Source: Octopus vulgaris (Eukaryota). From it: a stretch of 64,000 nt of DNA. The stretch spans positions 12,462,001 through 12,526,000 of the forward strand of contig OX597830.1 of NCBI GenBank assembly GCA_951406725.2, given 5' to 3'. Shown here piece by piece: positions 1 through 11,599 of this stretch. The notes beneath the pieces are model-generated. The model made no database searches, was not told the DNA's origin, and was given only the letters and a program-made list of their open reading frames with translations. Both the position numbers and the translations under genes were made by a program. Every line of letters begins with the position of its first letter. The first letter of the stretch is position 1.

Positions 1-359
1 AACATTTCTGTAATTCTTTCTGATTGTCAGTAGCCAACGGCACAATGTCTGTGGAGAAAGAAACCATTAAAACATATATTTGAAAATTGATAGAAAATAC
101 TATGAATGGTTAGAGTAGCCTAGAATGGTTGAAGTAACCTCTATTGCAGAAAGATGTTCAGTTATTTAGTTAAATTTTCGTTACAATTTAGTTAGGATAC
201 ACACCACCTTTAATCCTTACTCCAGGTATGTTGGAGGGAGTGGGGATAAAAATCCATCGAAATCTAGTACTATTTAACGTTGATTGTAATGTACCACTGT
301 CAGGTACCATTATAGATTAAATGGAATTTAATAGAGTCCAAATGGTGCGGCAGCAATCA

Positions 360-860
360 TTGCTACATTTACTACTACCGTTACGGCTGTGATTACTGCT
401 GCATTTACAATACCACTGCCGTTACTACTGCATTTACTACTGCCGTTACTACTTCAATTATTACTGCCATTACTGTTGCAATTACTACTGCCGTTACTAC
501 TTCTATTACTACTGCCGTTACTACTGCATTTACTACTGCCGTTACTACTTCAATTACTACTGCCGTTACTACTTCAATTACTACTGCCGTTACTACTGCA
601 TTTACTACTGTCGTTACTACTGCAATTACTACTGCCGTTACTACTTCAATTACTACTGCCGTTACTACTGCATTTACTACTGCATTTACTACTGCCGTTA
701 CTACTGCAATTACTACTGCCTTACTACAGCAATTACTACTGCTGTTACAGCTGCAATTACTACTGCCTTACTACTGCCATTACTACAGCCGTTACTGCTG
801 TATTTACCACTGCCATTACTGCTGCATTTCCTACTGTTGTAACTGCTGCAATTATATCTC
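360..860. repeat. 12-bp minisatellite (ACTACTGCCGTT / ACTACTGCATTT / ACTACTTCAATT variants)
   Basis: Directly visible tandem units; reads (Thr-Thr-Ala-Val/Phe/Ile)n in one + frame. Confidence 0.9.
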
Positions 861-1227
861 GATCTTCAGCTGCAGTCACAGCTGCAAGCATCACTTTTAT
901 ATGGCTGTTATTGCTGATTAGCTCAAGGTAAGCCCACATCTATGAGCCCTACTCTAAATGAAGGCTTGATCTTCATTTTGCACAGCCATGATTGCGTTGT
1001 TAAATTTAACCCTTTTCGAAGTACCACATGAAGCTCATCAGGTTTCTTGGCTGTTCCAATGCTTCAGCCCCATAATAACCTGCAGTAGAATGTTTCGAGG
1101 TACCTTAAAAACTTTACAGGTTAAAACCTGTATAACCTGGTGCGATAAGAATGAGGCAGTATGCATGCTTCTTATTTATATTTATGGACTGATTTAAATT
1201 TGTTTTTACCATTTCTTAACACCTCAG

Positions 1228-1565
1228 ATAAAATGCTTAACGGCATTTCGTTTGTCTATATGTACTGATTTCAAATTCCGCCGAGGTCGACTTTGCTTTT
1301 CATCCTTTCGGGGCTGGTAAAATAAGTACCAGATGAGTGCTGAGGTCGATGTAATCGATTAAACCCTATTCTCAGATTATTGGTCTTGTACCAAAGTTTA
1401 AAACCAATATTTATATTTTCTTATGGCGGCGAACTGGCAGAATTGTTAGCACACGCGGGAAAAATCTTTAACGATAAAATAAGTATCAGTTGAGCACTGG
1501 GATCAATGTCATCGACTTACCGCTGTTTCGAAACCACCGGCTTTGTGCCTAAATTTGAAACCAAT
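1228..1565 (+). mobile_element. Two adjacent degraded SINE copies, family A (core TTTCATCCTTTCGGGGTCGATAAAATAAGTACC, MetaSINE-like)
   Basis: Aligns by eye to the full copies at 22930-23146 and 60444-60675. Confidence 0.75.
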
Positions 1566-2275
1566 TTATACTTTTCTACATTGTGCTTTTGTTCAAAAAG
1601 CCATTTGAGATTAAAGTTACAAAGCAAGAAAACGTATTATCTGAAGAACAAAACAAATTCTAAATACTAAGAGTAACTTTATACTTCGATGTTGTTTTAT
1701 GCCTCACTGCTCTGCAAAACTGTTTAAAAGCATAGTGGATAAAGGGAAAATACTCTTGCTGAAACACATTAATATGTTATGGGTTACGCAAGATTTTAAA
1801 ATCATAAATTCAGGCATCCACTGTGCTACGAATACCTCCGGTCAGTAATTTCGCCATTAGTTATTTTGTAAATGTTTTTATTTTTTTGTAAATATTTTGT
1901 TAATTTTTCAAGAGTAGTATTTTTTATCTCCCTTGTATCTGTTCAAGTTCAATAACTGTTGTCGATTAAGTCGACTATACTCTCAAACTGCCTTAGTTTG
2001 GTTCGCAGAATTAGTTAGGATGTAATGTAGTAATTATTGTAAGGCTTATGGATTATGTTAAAGAATTGAAAATCTGCGAAACTGTAAACCAGAATATTCC
2101 TTTGTATATTGAATTTCTTCCTGCAAAATAACTTACAACTGAAATCCTCCAGCCTAAGGAATTTATTAAATTTACTTTAAATTCAAAATAATTCTTTTCT
2201 GTTATATTTAATATTATATTTCATTTTTGTATTTGGTTTGCAAGATTCTTTATGCGAGTTCATGTGTTGAAGCAT

Positions 2276-2494
2276 ATTCTGTTGTGTCTGGGGAGAGTCA
2301 TTTTCTTTTTGTGCTTTATAATATAACACACTCACCGGTAAAATGTCCACTTTTTTTCTTATTTTTATTTTCCTAAAATTTTCGTTGCGTCTTGCAACCT
2401 TTTCAATAAGAAAAAAAAAGTGGAAATTTTACCGGTGAGTGTGTTATATTATAAGGCACTAAAAGAAAATGACTCTCCCCAGACACAACAGAAT
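2276..2494. repeat. Inverted repeat, ~88-bp arms (2276-2363 / 2405-2494), ~41-bp spacer
   Basis: ATTCTGTTGTGTCTGGGGAGAGTCATTTTC...CACTCACCGGTAAAA vs TTTTACCGGTGAGTG...GAAAATGACTCTCCCCAGACACAACAGAAT. Confidence 0.9.
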
Positions 2495-2653
2495 TTAATA
2501 GTATACCTAATTGAAGATTGTTTTTTTTATTTTCTAATGATTGCTGTCAGTTTATTAATAAATTGTCCATGGAGAACAGATCTAAATATTTTCAGTTTAT
2601 TCGTCAATTAAATTTTATTATTAGCCCAAATGAAGAAGCTATTACTGACTTAC

Positions 2654-2800
2654 CTCGTAATCAATTCGAAAGATTCTGACGAGTCCGAGGTCCATAAAAA
2701 TTCGTACACTAGCTTGGACCATATCATCTGTTCGCAATGAAAAGTCATCGAATCGAAGATCTGTCAGCTTGAGATGTTCTGCTTCTGGTATAGAGTCAGC
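2654..2800 (-). CDS. PDE11A: PDE11A-like phosphodiesterase, internal exon (start of catalytic domain): ADSIPEAEHLKLTDLRFDDFSLRTDDMVQASVRIFMDLGLVRIFRIDYE
   Basis: ttttcttttaaag|GCTGAC...TACGAG|gtaagt; 147 nt, phase 0-0; FDDFSL..D.M..A..R.FM.LG.V..F.IDYE matches PDE11A; next exon expected left of the window. Confidence 0.93.
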
Positions 2801-2940
2801 CTTTAAAAGAAAAAAAAAATGATAAACAATGAAATAGGTGTTTAAAGGGAATGTATGTATTCCATTAACAAATAAATATTCATATACACCTGTTTAACAC
2901 CCCATCAGCGTCTGGTGATATATATACACCAATATTATCA

Positions 2941-3194
2941 TTTGCGAAGGCTAGACAGGCATCTCAACCAGCAGGTCTCACTATCCTGGGCTGATGACGG
3001 GTTAAGACCCAGAAACATGCATGTCCTCAGGTGTGAATTCTAGCTGGTGGAGGTGCTTGTCTCCCCTTTGCAAATATAAGGACACAGGAAATGTGTCAAA
3101 GACGACAGGAAGCGTCGATGCTTCCTAGGGCTAAACAGCGGTGGTGTAATTCCCTTACGGGACTGTCACGTTATGTTGGCAGTATACAACCACT
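2941..3194 (+). mobile_element. Non-coding retroposon-like element carrying a hammerhead ribozyme, flanked by 11-bp TSD
   Basis: Direct repeat CAATATTATCA at 2930-2940 and 3195-3205; 3' half recurs at 56087-56200 (minus). Confidence 0.7.
2985..3031 (+). ncRNA. Type I hammerhead ribozyme motif
   Basis: Stem I CCTGGG/CTCAGG; core CTGATGA (2991-2997); stem II GGGT-TAAG-ACCC with C.A closing mismatch; GAAA (3012-3015); palindromic stem III ACATGCATGT; GUC triplet ending 3025. Confidence 0.8.
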
Positions 3195-3289
3195 CAATAT
3201 TATCACTGTTCTTCAGAATTTCCTCCTCTAGCTTAATATAATGTTTCCATCGCGCCTATATTTAAGGTATATTCGGAAAGAGAATAAGG

Positions 3290-3700
3290 GTTTTCTTGCA
3301 TTTGATGTTCAACCTCAGCTGTCGAAATCTGATAGGAAAATGTAGGCGGATATGGATTTCCTTGGGGATGATATTTTTTGGTGAATGATTTGACGAAGAG
3401 GTTAATGTAAAGGCTACTGGTGACTATGTGTAAGGAAAGGAAAAAAATAAGAGAGTCCGGTCGATTTAGCTGGCGACACTATATAAAGAGTTAGTTGTGA
3501 AGAAGAGTAGTTTTATAATAGCAGTAAAAAAGGCAGAGTAATAAAACAGAGATTCTGTGGGTTAAAGGCCGCAGCGTGTTGCTAATCAGCCGTATGATTT
3601 TCTCTTGGTTGCATTAATGGATATTCATAACTTCATCTCTCTTTTCCTTGCCGCTGTTGCGCACGAAGTAGTTCGAGATAATTTCGTTTAGTTTTGAATG
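3290..3700 (-). mobile_element. Degraded CR1/L2-type LINE ORF2 C-terminal fragment
   Basis: Minus-strand reading QEKIIRLISNTLRPLTHRISVLLLCLFYCYY..SSQL resembles the conserved IRLI...L.PL.HRR.V.SLCLFY.YY.G.CSSEL tail. Confidence 0.5.
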
Positions 3701-4856
3701 TGATGTGGTGGAACGTTAAACTGTAGTAAGCAATAACGGATGATCAGAAAAGAGTCAACTCTAGCTTTGCCAAATTCCAATTTATTTCCATGACATTCTG
3801 GATAATTTTACAAAACAGTATCAAATACACCAGTTTTATCAACGGATGCATTTGAATGAAAACACGTTTGATTTGTTAGCGACTAAAATTCTTCTTGGAG
3901 ACGATAAAATTATTCCCTCAGCCCAAATAAGAAAATGTTACTAAGAATGATTTTCTGAATATTGATTAACCTATTAATTTGTGTCCCAGCATAAAGGTTA
4001 GATATACATGAACAGTGAAAGTTAACGATATGAATATGTAGTGAAGGTTAGAATCGAAATCTTACAGCTTTAGTATCTAAGTTCAGATCACTCCTTAGAT
4101 CAGTCGACATGCTCTGAATGCTAACCAATCAACTTATGGGATTGTCACTCCATATTATAGAATATTCTATCATGCTTCAATTGTTCTCGCAAGAAAAAGG
4201 TTTATAAAAGCGAGATCCCGCCAGAATCAGTGAAGAGGTGACAGTAAAGGTTTGAGATGGTTCCCGAGAAAATAGACGAACATATGATTCTTGGTCCTTG
4301 CTTGGTCTGTTTTTAAGAGAATTACTTCGTCTTCAATGCGCTTTTCAACGCAAGTACTATGAACGGAATATTGTTACCGCCCGCAACACAAATTATTAGC
4401 CTACCAGTTTATAATAAAATAAATCAGAAGCGCATTTCAGATGCACAGACAATAAGCCCTTTAAACAGATAAGTTTCCTTGTTTCCTTGTTTGCTGCTCA
4501 GCCCTTCATAAAGTAATCTTCGACTAGAGTAAGCATAGCCTTATTCCTAACCGCCCACGCAAAGCTAATATTTTCTGTTATTAATGCGTAACCTTAATGA
4601 TCTACATTCTCTTGTAGCACATCACTATACATTACAGGCAAGCAATTAGGTAAAAATACGAAAAGTGTAATATACTTCTGGAAAAGTAAGTGTTATTCAA
4701 ACAACGTTGGATTTGGTTTATTTATGGAACAGCTCGCAGTCTATCATCTTACCAATATATCGAAACCCAAATAACTAAAGCTACAAACGCTTCTTGTTCT
4801 TGGTATGAGAAAGTTGTTGATGTCTGGGTTAGATATATATGAACGTACAGATAGAT

Positions 4857-5085
4857 TTTTTAGACTGAAAGAAATTTGAATTTCATGAGGAATTTTCTTT
4901 ATAAATTCCATATAGTATTTAGACATCATTTATTTTACCATACATTTCTTTGGATTTATGCAGCTTATAAAGGTTTTCACCTAACTAGCATTAATTATCC
5001 AACCATTTTTTCTTTTTTGGTTTTTCTGGATTCAGAACATTCATACTGCAACTATCTTCATCTTTATTTTCGTATTTCTAACTAT
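4857..5085. repeat. Local duplicate of 5691-5735 + 6141-6329, flanked by 24-bp direct repeat
   Basis: ATATATATGAACGTACAGATAGAT at 4833-4856 and 5086-5109; interior near-identical to the sequence on both sides of the transposon at 5737-6143. Confidence 0.85.
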
Positions 5086-5736
5086 ATATATATGAACGTA
5101 CAGATAGATATTGTCTCTTTGTATATCTATGACTGAATTATTCAATGTGTCTCGTTTTATGACGATAGGGTGTTGATTGAGGTAAATTTGGCTGTTGTTT
5201 CTCGCAAGTTGAACGATCACACTGACAATATCGGAAGAAAGGTTCTTGCATGAAAATATATTTCAAATTTACGTTACGTTATTCAGGTACAGGAGAAAAG
5301 ATAATCCGACGCAAGCAATTAAGGGTGTAATAACTTAGAAAAATAAGTGCAGTGGAGAAGTCTGGAAGCAAAATTATACTCACATGTAGATATACTTAGT
5401 ATACAAGTTGAAAGGTGAAAGTAATTAGGAGGGACAGACGAATGATAGAGATGCCATATTTAGTACGGAAATTTATTTTGAGAAGAGTGATGTTTAGTAG
5501 GCTGTAGCTGCATATGTTTATATCTTTATGTCTGATTCCATTTCTTTTATACATGCGTGGATATCATAAACTTCAATAAGCTTTTCTTTCACAAGAAGAC
5601 ATGGGCATATAGGTATTTAAGAGAATTTACTCTAGAAAGGTATAATTTTTGCAAATAAAAGATGGTATGGTAATTTCATGGATAACTCAATTTTTTAGAC
5701 TGAAAGAAATTTGAATTTCATGAGGAATTTTCTTTC

Positions 5737-6143
5737 TCTGTGTGAAAAGTCTGGCTGCATACGCGTTAGCACATGTCAGGTGCATACAATTGACAACACA
5801 GGTAATTAAGATTTATTCAGTGAGTTTTATTCAACACATGTATACACGTGGAATTAGCAGAATCATTATTAACTTTAGATGGCTCGTAGGCGAGGTGAAC
5901 AAATTCGTGAGAGAGATAGACTGGCAATATTTCTACGCTACCAGCAAATTAAAGATGGGGTCGCAAACGAAACAGGGAGTGATCTTTGCAATGCCTTTCA
6001 AGTAGACCGCAATATACCAGCGCGAATTTATAAAAAAAAATGCAACTCTTCGTGGAACAATACAGCCAAAACAATAAATTTTGTGTTTACTTTTGTTTCA
6101 TAATATATATTTTTCCGGATGCAGCCAGACTTTTGAACACAGA
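5737..6143 (+). mobile_element. Internally deleted Tc1/IS630-mariner-like DNA transposon (MITE-sized)
   Basis: ~27-bp imperfect TIRs TCTGTGTGAAAAGTCTGGCTGCATACG / CGGATGCAGCCAGACTTTTGAACACAGA; internal ORF 5879-6103 (MARRRGEQIRERDRLAIFLRYQQ...) looks like a transposase N-terminal HTH. Confidence 0.7.
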
Positions 6144-6589
6144 CATCATTTATTTTAGCATACATTTCTTTGGGTTTATGCAGCTTATAAAGGTTTTCAC
6201 CTAACTAGCATTAATTACCCAACCATTATTATTATTATTTTATGTATTTATTTATTTTTTTTTTGGTTTTTCTGGATTCAGAACATTCATACTGCAACTA
6301 TCTTCATCTTTATTTTTGTATTTCTAACTTTCTTCCACTTTTGATATTATTCCATAAGACATCCATTTTCATTTTCCCTTTCAAACAATATTTTCTTTAT
6401 TGATGTTTGTACACGCATTTAATTGCGTTCTGGTTTTCTATTAACCGTTCATTATAATATAGTTGTTGTACTTCTTCATCGTGTAAAGTGGTTTTAGACT
6501 AAAAACGATTATTAGTGATGGCGTATTTAAACAAAGAACCATTTCAAAAATCTCTCAACACAAATCAACAAGTTTACGAGGCATTTGGT

Positions 6590-7400
6590 TGGGTGATACA
6601 GGCAAAGAGAACTCGGAATTTGTGGTAAAGATCTTCAGAATTTGAAATTAAGAAATGAAAACAGGCAAAGCTATGTGCTATCTCTAGCCTGTTTAAGCTA
6701 TACACAGAAACGTTCGGAGAAATAGTAAACATGTCAGGATCGTCTGTAGAGGTTCTGAAAGTCATCAACCTTACCTATGCATATGGAATCTTTCAGCGTT
6801 GAAACTTTCATAAGGAAATAAATATTACAACTGAAGGAAAGTGAATGGTGCAAACGCCAAGTATAATATATGTGGGATACCTGCGATCCAAAACCGGGAA
6901 ATGTACGGTAGCAATCTAAAGAAAGGTTTGAGGTTGTCAGAAAGCTATTTGAAAATGTCAAATATCTTAGCATCAAGAAAAAATGATAATGAAACAAAAA
7001 AATATTGCGGGAATGTTTATGTATTGTCCACTTCATTACCTAGAGCAAAAGCAAGGACATAGAAATAGATTACAAGTCATTGAACCGTGGACTTATAGAG
7101 GATTATTGCGAATGTCATAGATAGAAGGCAAATTAGTTATTAGATACACAGAATGACAAAAAACCATGGAAATTATATAAGATACAGTTTACACTACTTT
7201 GAACTGAACATTCGGAGATAATAAAAGAAAAAGTTACAATGACTTCTAATATAAGGGAGAAATGAATGGAAAGAGAAGAAAATCAGTAATTACGTGGATG
7301 GATAAAATCAAGAATTTACACGCTTGAAAATCTAATAAATGTTCAAGGGCAGCACGAGAAAGACTAAAATGGCAAATAGGTGGTGGTATTCAGCATAATT
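6590..7400 (+). mobile_element. Degraded RTE (BovB-like) LINE, RT and C-terminal region
   Basis: Broken frames SEFEIKK..Q...S.LFKLYTE.FGEI..., INLTYA (NNLRYADD), GKC...I...KMSNILASRK, VLST.L; followed by a microsatellite tail. Confidence 0.7.
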
Positions 7401-7419
7401 TCAGCTTGGCGAATACTAT

Positions 7420-7428
7420 GGGTGGTGG

Positions 7429-7474
<46 letters not shown>

Positions 7475-7497
7475 GGTGGTGGTGGTGGTGGTGGTGA

Positions 7498-7531
<34 letters not shown>

Positions 7532-7865
7532 GGTGGTGGTGGTGGTGGTGGTGGTGGTGGTGATGATGATGGTGGTGGTGGTGGTGGTGGTGGTGATGAT
7601 GATGATGATGGTGGTGATGGTGATGGTGGTGGTGATGATGATGATGGTGGTGATGGTGGTGGTGATGGTGGTGATGATGATGTGGAGGAGGAGGAGAAGG
7701 TGGAGAATGAGGTGGAGGAGGAAGAGGAAGCGAAGGAGGAGGAACGGGAGGGGGAAGAGGAGGAGGAGGTGGAGGAGGAGGAAAGGGAGGGGAAGAGGAA
7801 AAAAGGAGGAGGAAGAGGGGGTGGAGGAGGAGGAGGAGGAGGAGGAGGAAGAAGAGGAAGAGGAG
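7420..7865. repeat. Compound trinucleotide microsatellite (GGT/GAT then GAG/GAA)
   Basis: Directly visible; explains the three overlapping low-complexity ORFs. Confidence 0.97.
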
Positions 7866-7984
7866 GGTCTGTCGAAAGAAAAACAGCAGGTGATGTGCTA
7901 AAGAACATTAGGAAAATTTCAGACTAAGAAACCAATTTTGGTACATGCATAATGTCCCTCATATTTTCCCAGTCAATATTGGCT

Positions 7985-8135
7985 CTGTATCAAATTCCGC
8001 CGAGGTCGATTTTGTCTCCCATCCATCCTTTCGAGGTTGATAAAATAAACAGCAGTGGAATACTGGAGTTAATGTAATCGACTTACTCCCTTTCACGAAA
8101 TTACTGGCCTTTATGCCACAATTTGAAACCAATAT
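7985..8135 (+). mobile_element. Partial SINE family A
   Basis: CAAATTCCGCCGAGGTCG...CATCCTTTCGAGGTTGATAAAATAA...TTTGAAACCAATATT. Confidence 0.7.
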
Positions 8136-8705
8136 TGGGTCTATATTACAAAAATAATTTTAAAAAGTCTTAAATCATCAAAAAAGAGTTTTAAGATTGA
8201 AACAAATCATGTTTCTTTAAAATTTGTTGCCAGTTTCATTTCAAATAGATTGCACATTTTCAGAAGGGTCAGTCTCGTATATATAAATTCAAAGTCTAAT
8301 ACCAAAGTCTAATATCATTGTTTTAGTTCCTAATGACATTTTTATTGCTTGGAAGATCTTATTTATATTGTTCTTTTCCTACAAATGTTCTTTTCCAACA
8401 ATATTCTTCGAATACAAACGTTCAATAGAACCTAGATGAAATTAAATAAACTTATTGTTCAACCTAAAACTGATTTGTAACTTTAAAAGACATGCATGAA
8501 ACGCTCATATATATACGTTGTTTTCTTTTAATTATGAACATCAAATATGTCTCAGATACAAAATATATAATTAATTTTGGCTGAAGATCATCTGAAACGA
8601 TGCCCAAATTCTGTGAATTCGCTCATTTAATAACAGATTGGGACGATAGTAGTTTCTCGTGCTTCTTTAAAAGTGAAAAATTTCACATTCATTTATAGTA
8701 CTCAC

Positions 8706-8756
8706 CTTCAATTTCATTAGTTCCTCTGGTGTTATTGAAGCATGATAAGACAGCAT
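8706..8756 (-). CDS. PDE11A: PDE11A-like phosphodiesterase, internal exon: MLSYHASITPEELMKLK
   Basis: acattgcag|ATGCTG...TTGAAG|gtgagt; 51 nt, phase 0-0; LSYHA motif that follows KQ.VAL(D/E) in PDE5/6/11. Confidence 0.9.
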
Positions 8757-8949
8757 CTGCAATGTTACAAACAAAGATTATACAATGTGACCTTCCTGAA
8801 CAAAAGAAATGTAGGCTGCAATTAAAAGATGTTTTGATTGATATTTCTAGCAACACCTACGACCACCTATGATCCCTGGTTTCAAATAATTGGACGGCGA
8901 CTTGTTTTATGAATTGTCTAATGCATTTCAGTTTCAGGTGATGATTGTA

Positions 8950-9540
8950 TAAGGTATGTGTGGCTTGGTTCATGTGGGTTGTGCATATTATTAGGTGCAG
9001 ATGTACAGAATGTTGAATCGTTGGTGTTCTAGCATCAGGAGTCGATTCTGCATTGGGTAGTGGTTTTATATGTTTTCTGATAGTACTCTGGATTCTCCTA
9101 TCGAATTAAAATTATCTTGTGTAGGGCGCAGACTGTTTTAGCAGGGCCATCTTTTAACTGAGTAAGCCCATACCCTATTTATTTAAAAGTGGTATCGGAT
9201 TTGGCAGTTTTTGACAGAGGAGATCGAAATGTTAATCAAATCAAAAAAACATATTCCAGTCACTAATAATCTTATTTGAATGGTTTACCTTGATCTCTTT
9301 GTGGTCGGAACAAGGATAGTCCATATTGATAGTCGTTGTCGTACACAGTCGTTGATACATATTAGTATTAAATTTTATTAATTCTCACGTCGATGTGTCA
9401 GGTCCACAGCCTATTGAACAGATTCAGTCGTGTGTGTATAGTCACTGACTTGGCAAAAAACCAGGTCTAATCTGTCATGGTTGCATAATCTGCCCTTGTT
9501 AGTCTGTCTTCTTATATTATTGTGTTTTTCTCATTATTTG
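8950..9540 (-). mobile_element. Possible very old Penelope-like RT remnant
   Basis: Fragmentary minus-strand motifs resembling I..ADKG...DR.DY, RPIIS and LYT.IP order; many stops and frameshifts. Confidence 0.3.
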
Positions 9541-10457
9541 TGAATAGGTGTCAACCCTGTGTACTTAAAATCTTTTATTCTTCTGTTGACCCATTATTTC
9601 TAAAAAATTTTTAGCATATGACTCTTATTTACTTCCACTCTTCGGGTCTTGTAGAAAATTTACTATGAAATACCTTCTTCATTTTACTTTAGCACATTCT
9701 AGACATTTTCATTTCATAGTTTCTTCTTTCTGAAACCATTTTTGTTATCATTGCCTTTATCTAATTTTTTCTTGGCTGTGGTTGGCTTCCAGTTTGCACC
9801 TCATTTGTATTATATCTCCCATCACAGTAATCTGCTTGTATTTGTTTGCTTCTAAACATTTTCTCGTTCCACTGCTGTTACTTTGGAACAATTCACAATT
9901 TGCATTATAACTCAAGCCCTTATGTACTGCATTGCTATATTTATATACATCAGCTTTAGGGCCGCTGCTTAAGAATATTGTTAATAGTTTCCCCTGAAAA
10001 CTTATTATATTTAATCTAGATTTTATAACTTGGATGGGTAATACATTAAAACATTAACTTATTTTAAGCATTTTCTAATTTTCTATTCATTTTTGTTTTA
10101 ACTTATAATTTTCAAGTATTGCTACGTATTTGTCGGGATGATTTCGGACTAATTCTCTGATTTTAGCGTCTATGTCTAATTTAATGTAATTTATTTTAAT
10201 TAATTTGCAGAAACACTGCTTCATATATCTCGTTCCATAATCGTCCGTCTGCCTCGTCAAATTCATGTAATTATGATGCGTGTACAGAGTCCATAGTTAG
10301 CATTTGATTAGTTAATTCCTTCCTTTTCATTTTCTCTAGAATAATTTCTGTTTCCATCCGGACTTTGATGTATAGAGGATGAAGATGAGAATTATAGTAA
10401 ACACAAATCCATTGTAGAAAGAACAAATATAAATAATGTAAGCAGATTTAAATTTAC

Positions 10458-10550
10458 CTCAAGAGCAACTTGCTGCTTGGCAGCAGCCAATGATACTTCC
10501 GCATAGAGTATGGCATTGTTAATACCAAGACCACAAAATATAGCGAATGC
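10458..10550 (-). CDS. PDE11A: PDE11A-like phosphodiesterase, internal exon: AFAIFCGLGINNAILYAEVSLAAAKQQVALE
   Basis: ttttttcacag|GCATTC...CTTGAG|gtaaat; 93 nt, phase 0-0; AF.IFCGLGINN...Y......AKQ.VAL is the GAF-B/linker helix of PDE5/6/11. Confidence 0.93.
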
Positions 10551-11599
10551 CTGTGAAAAAAAATAAAGTGTATAAAATGAAAATAATCCTCCAGTACAAG
10601 GCTTAAAAATTGCAAACAAATTTAGTTGCCATGATTTTTTTTTAAAGTAAGTTATGAGTCAAATGTCAATTTCCATTATTGAAATTATTAAAAATACAAA
10701 CAATTTTGTTTTTCCCAAAGTCAGTTATTGAAGAGTGTTATTAAAGAAGGAAGCTATTTTTGCGGTTAAAATATTTTCAAGCTGAAATGATATATCTCAG
10801 GTTGGTTTTGGCCATGAGTGTTATAGTTGTTCGGTCAATGGTTTTAATGGTATAGTGTAAGTGGTACATTACTCAACAAACATTTGTTCCTCGGATGAAA
10901 TCTTCAGGTAAAATTACTGTAACACCATATGACAAAGCTGGTATTTGAAAAACAAGTATAGTCCATTTGAGAGACTTGCATACAAATTTATGCAAAGAGC
11001 TTAGAGAGACCAAGAGACAATGGAAGATATTCGTTGAAAGAGTCATGCAGAATGCTCAAAGCCGGTAACTCGTGATTGGGAAGCAAATATGTTAATCATT
11101 ACTGTAGCCTCAAGCTGAAATATATTTTAACCTGATATAGATATATCTCATTTGGAGTGAAGCAATAAAAAATCAATATTCTGTATAATTTTTAAAACTC
11201 AATAAAGTGTTCCAAAATAACTGACAGAAAAGGTAAACTAATAATTTGATTAAGGGTTCCCTTTACTTTCTAAGTAAAATCATTGAAATTCTCAATTTTA
11301 ATTAATTTCCCAGCATAATTAGAATATTTAATACCGATATAATTAACCACACTTTTGTTAACAAGAGAAATTACCGTATGAGAAACAAAACTCAAGTTAA
11401 CGTTGTTATAATTAATGCAATGAGTATTAAAACCTAATTAAAAGTGATTTTATGTTGATTTATATTGATTCTAATTAGCATCCTAATATTAAATATGGCC
11501 AATAATTTGACAATACTTTTGTCATGTAAAGGTGTTGCTGAGTAATTTCTGTTAGCTTCAAATTACTCAGCAATCGGTGTACTTGATTGGGGTAGATGG

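Noticed and set aside
360-860. Antifreeze glycoprotein-like repeat
   Set aside because: Unit is a tetrapeptide TTA(V/F/I), not the (Thr-Ala-Ala)n tripeptide, and the frame is broken
2676-2700. CTGACGAGTCC hammerhead-like start
   Set aside because: No downstream GAAA/stem partner; it is the antisense of the PDE exon
7380-7927. Long ORFs of poly-G/D/E, poly-V/M, poly-P/S
   Set aside because: Trinucleotide microsatellite open in several frames; tail of an RTE remnant
8573-8610. TTTGG-CTGAAGA-TCATCT-GAAACGATGC-CCAAA hammerhead-like motif
   Set aside because: Stem I possible but no stem II and no NUH triplet; at best a dead relic
11535-11573. Perfect 14-bp inverted repeat TTGCTGAGTAATTT/AAATTACTCAGCAA as terminator or operator
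   Set aside because: Eukaryotic intron; likely a small fold-back at the truncated Chapaev3 end; no other support
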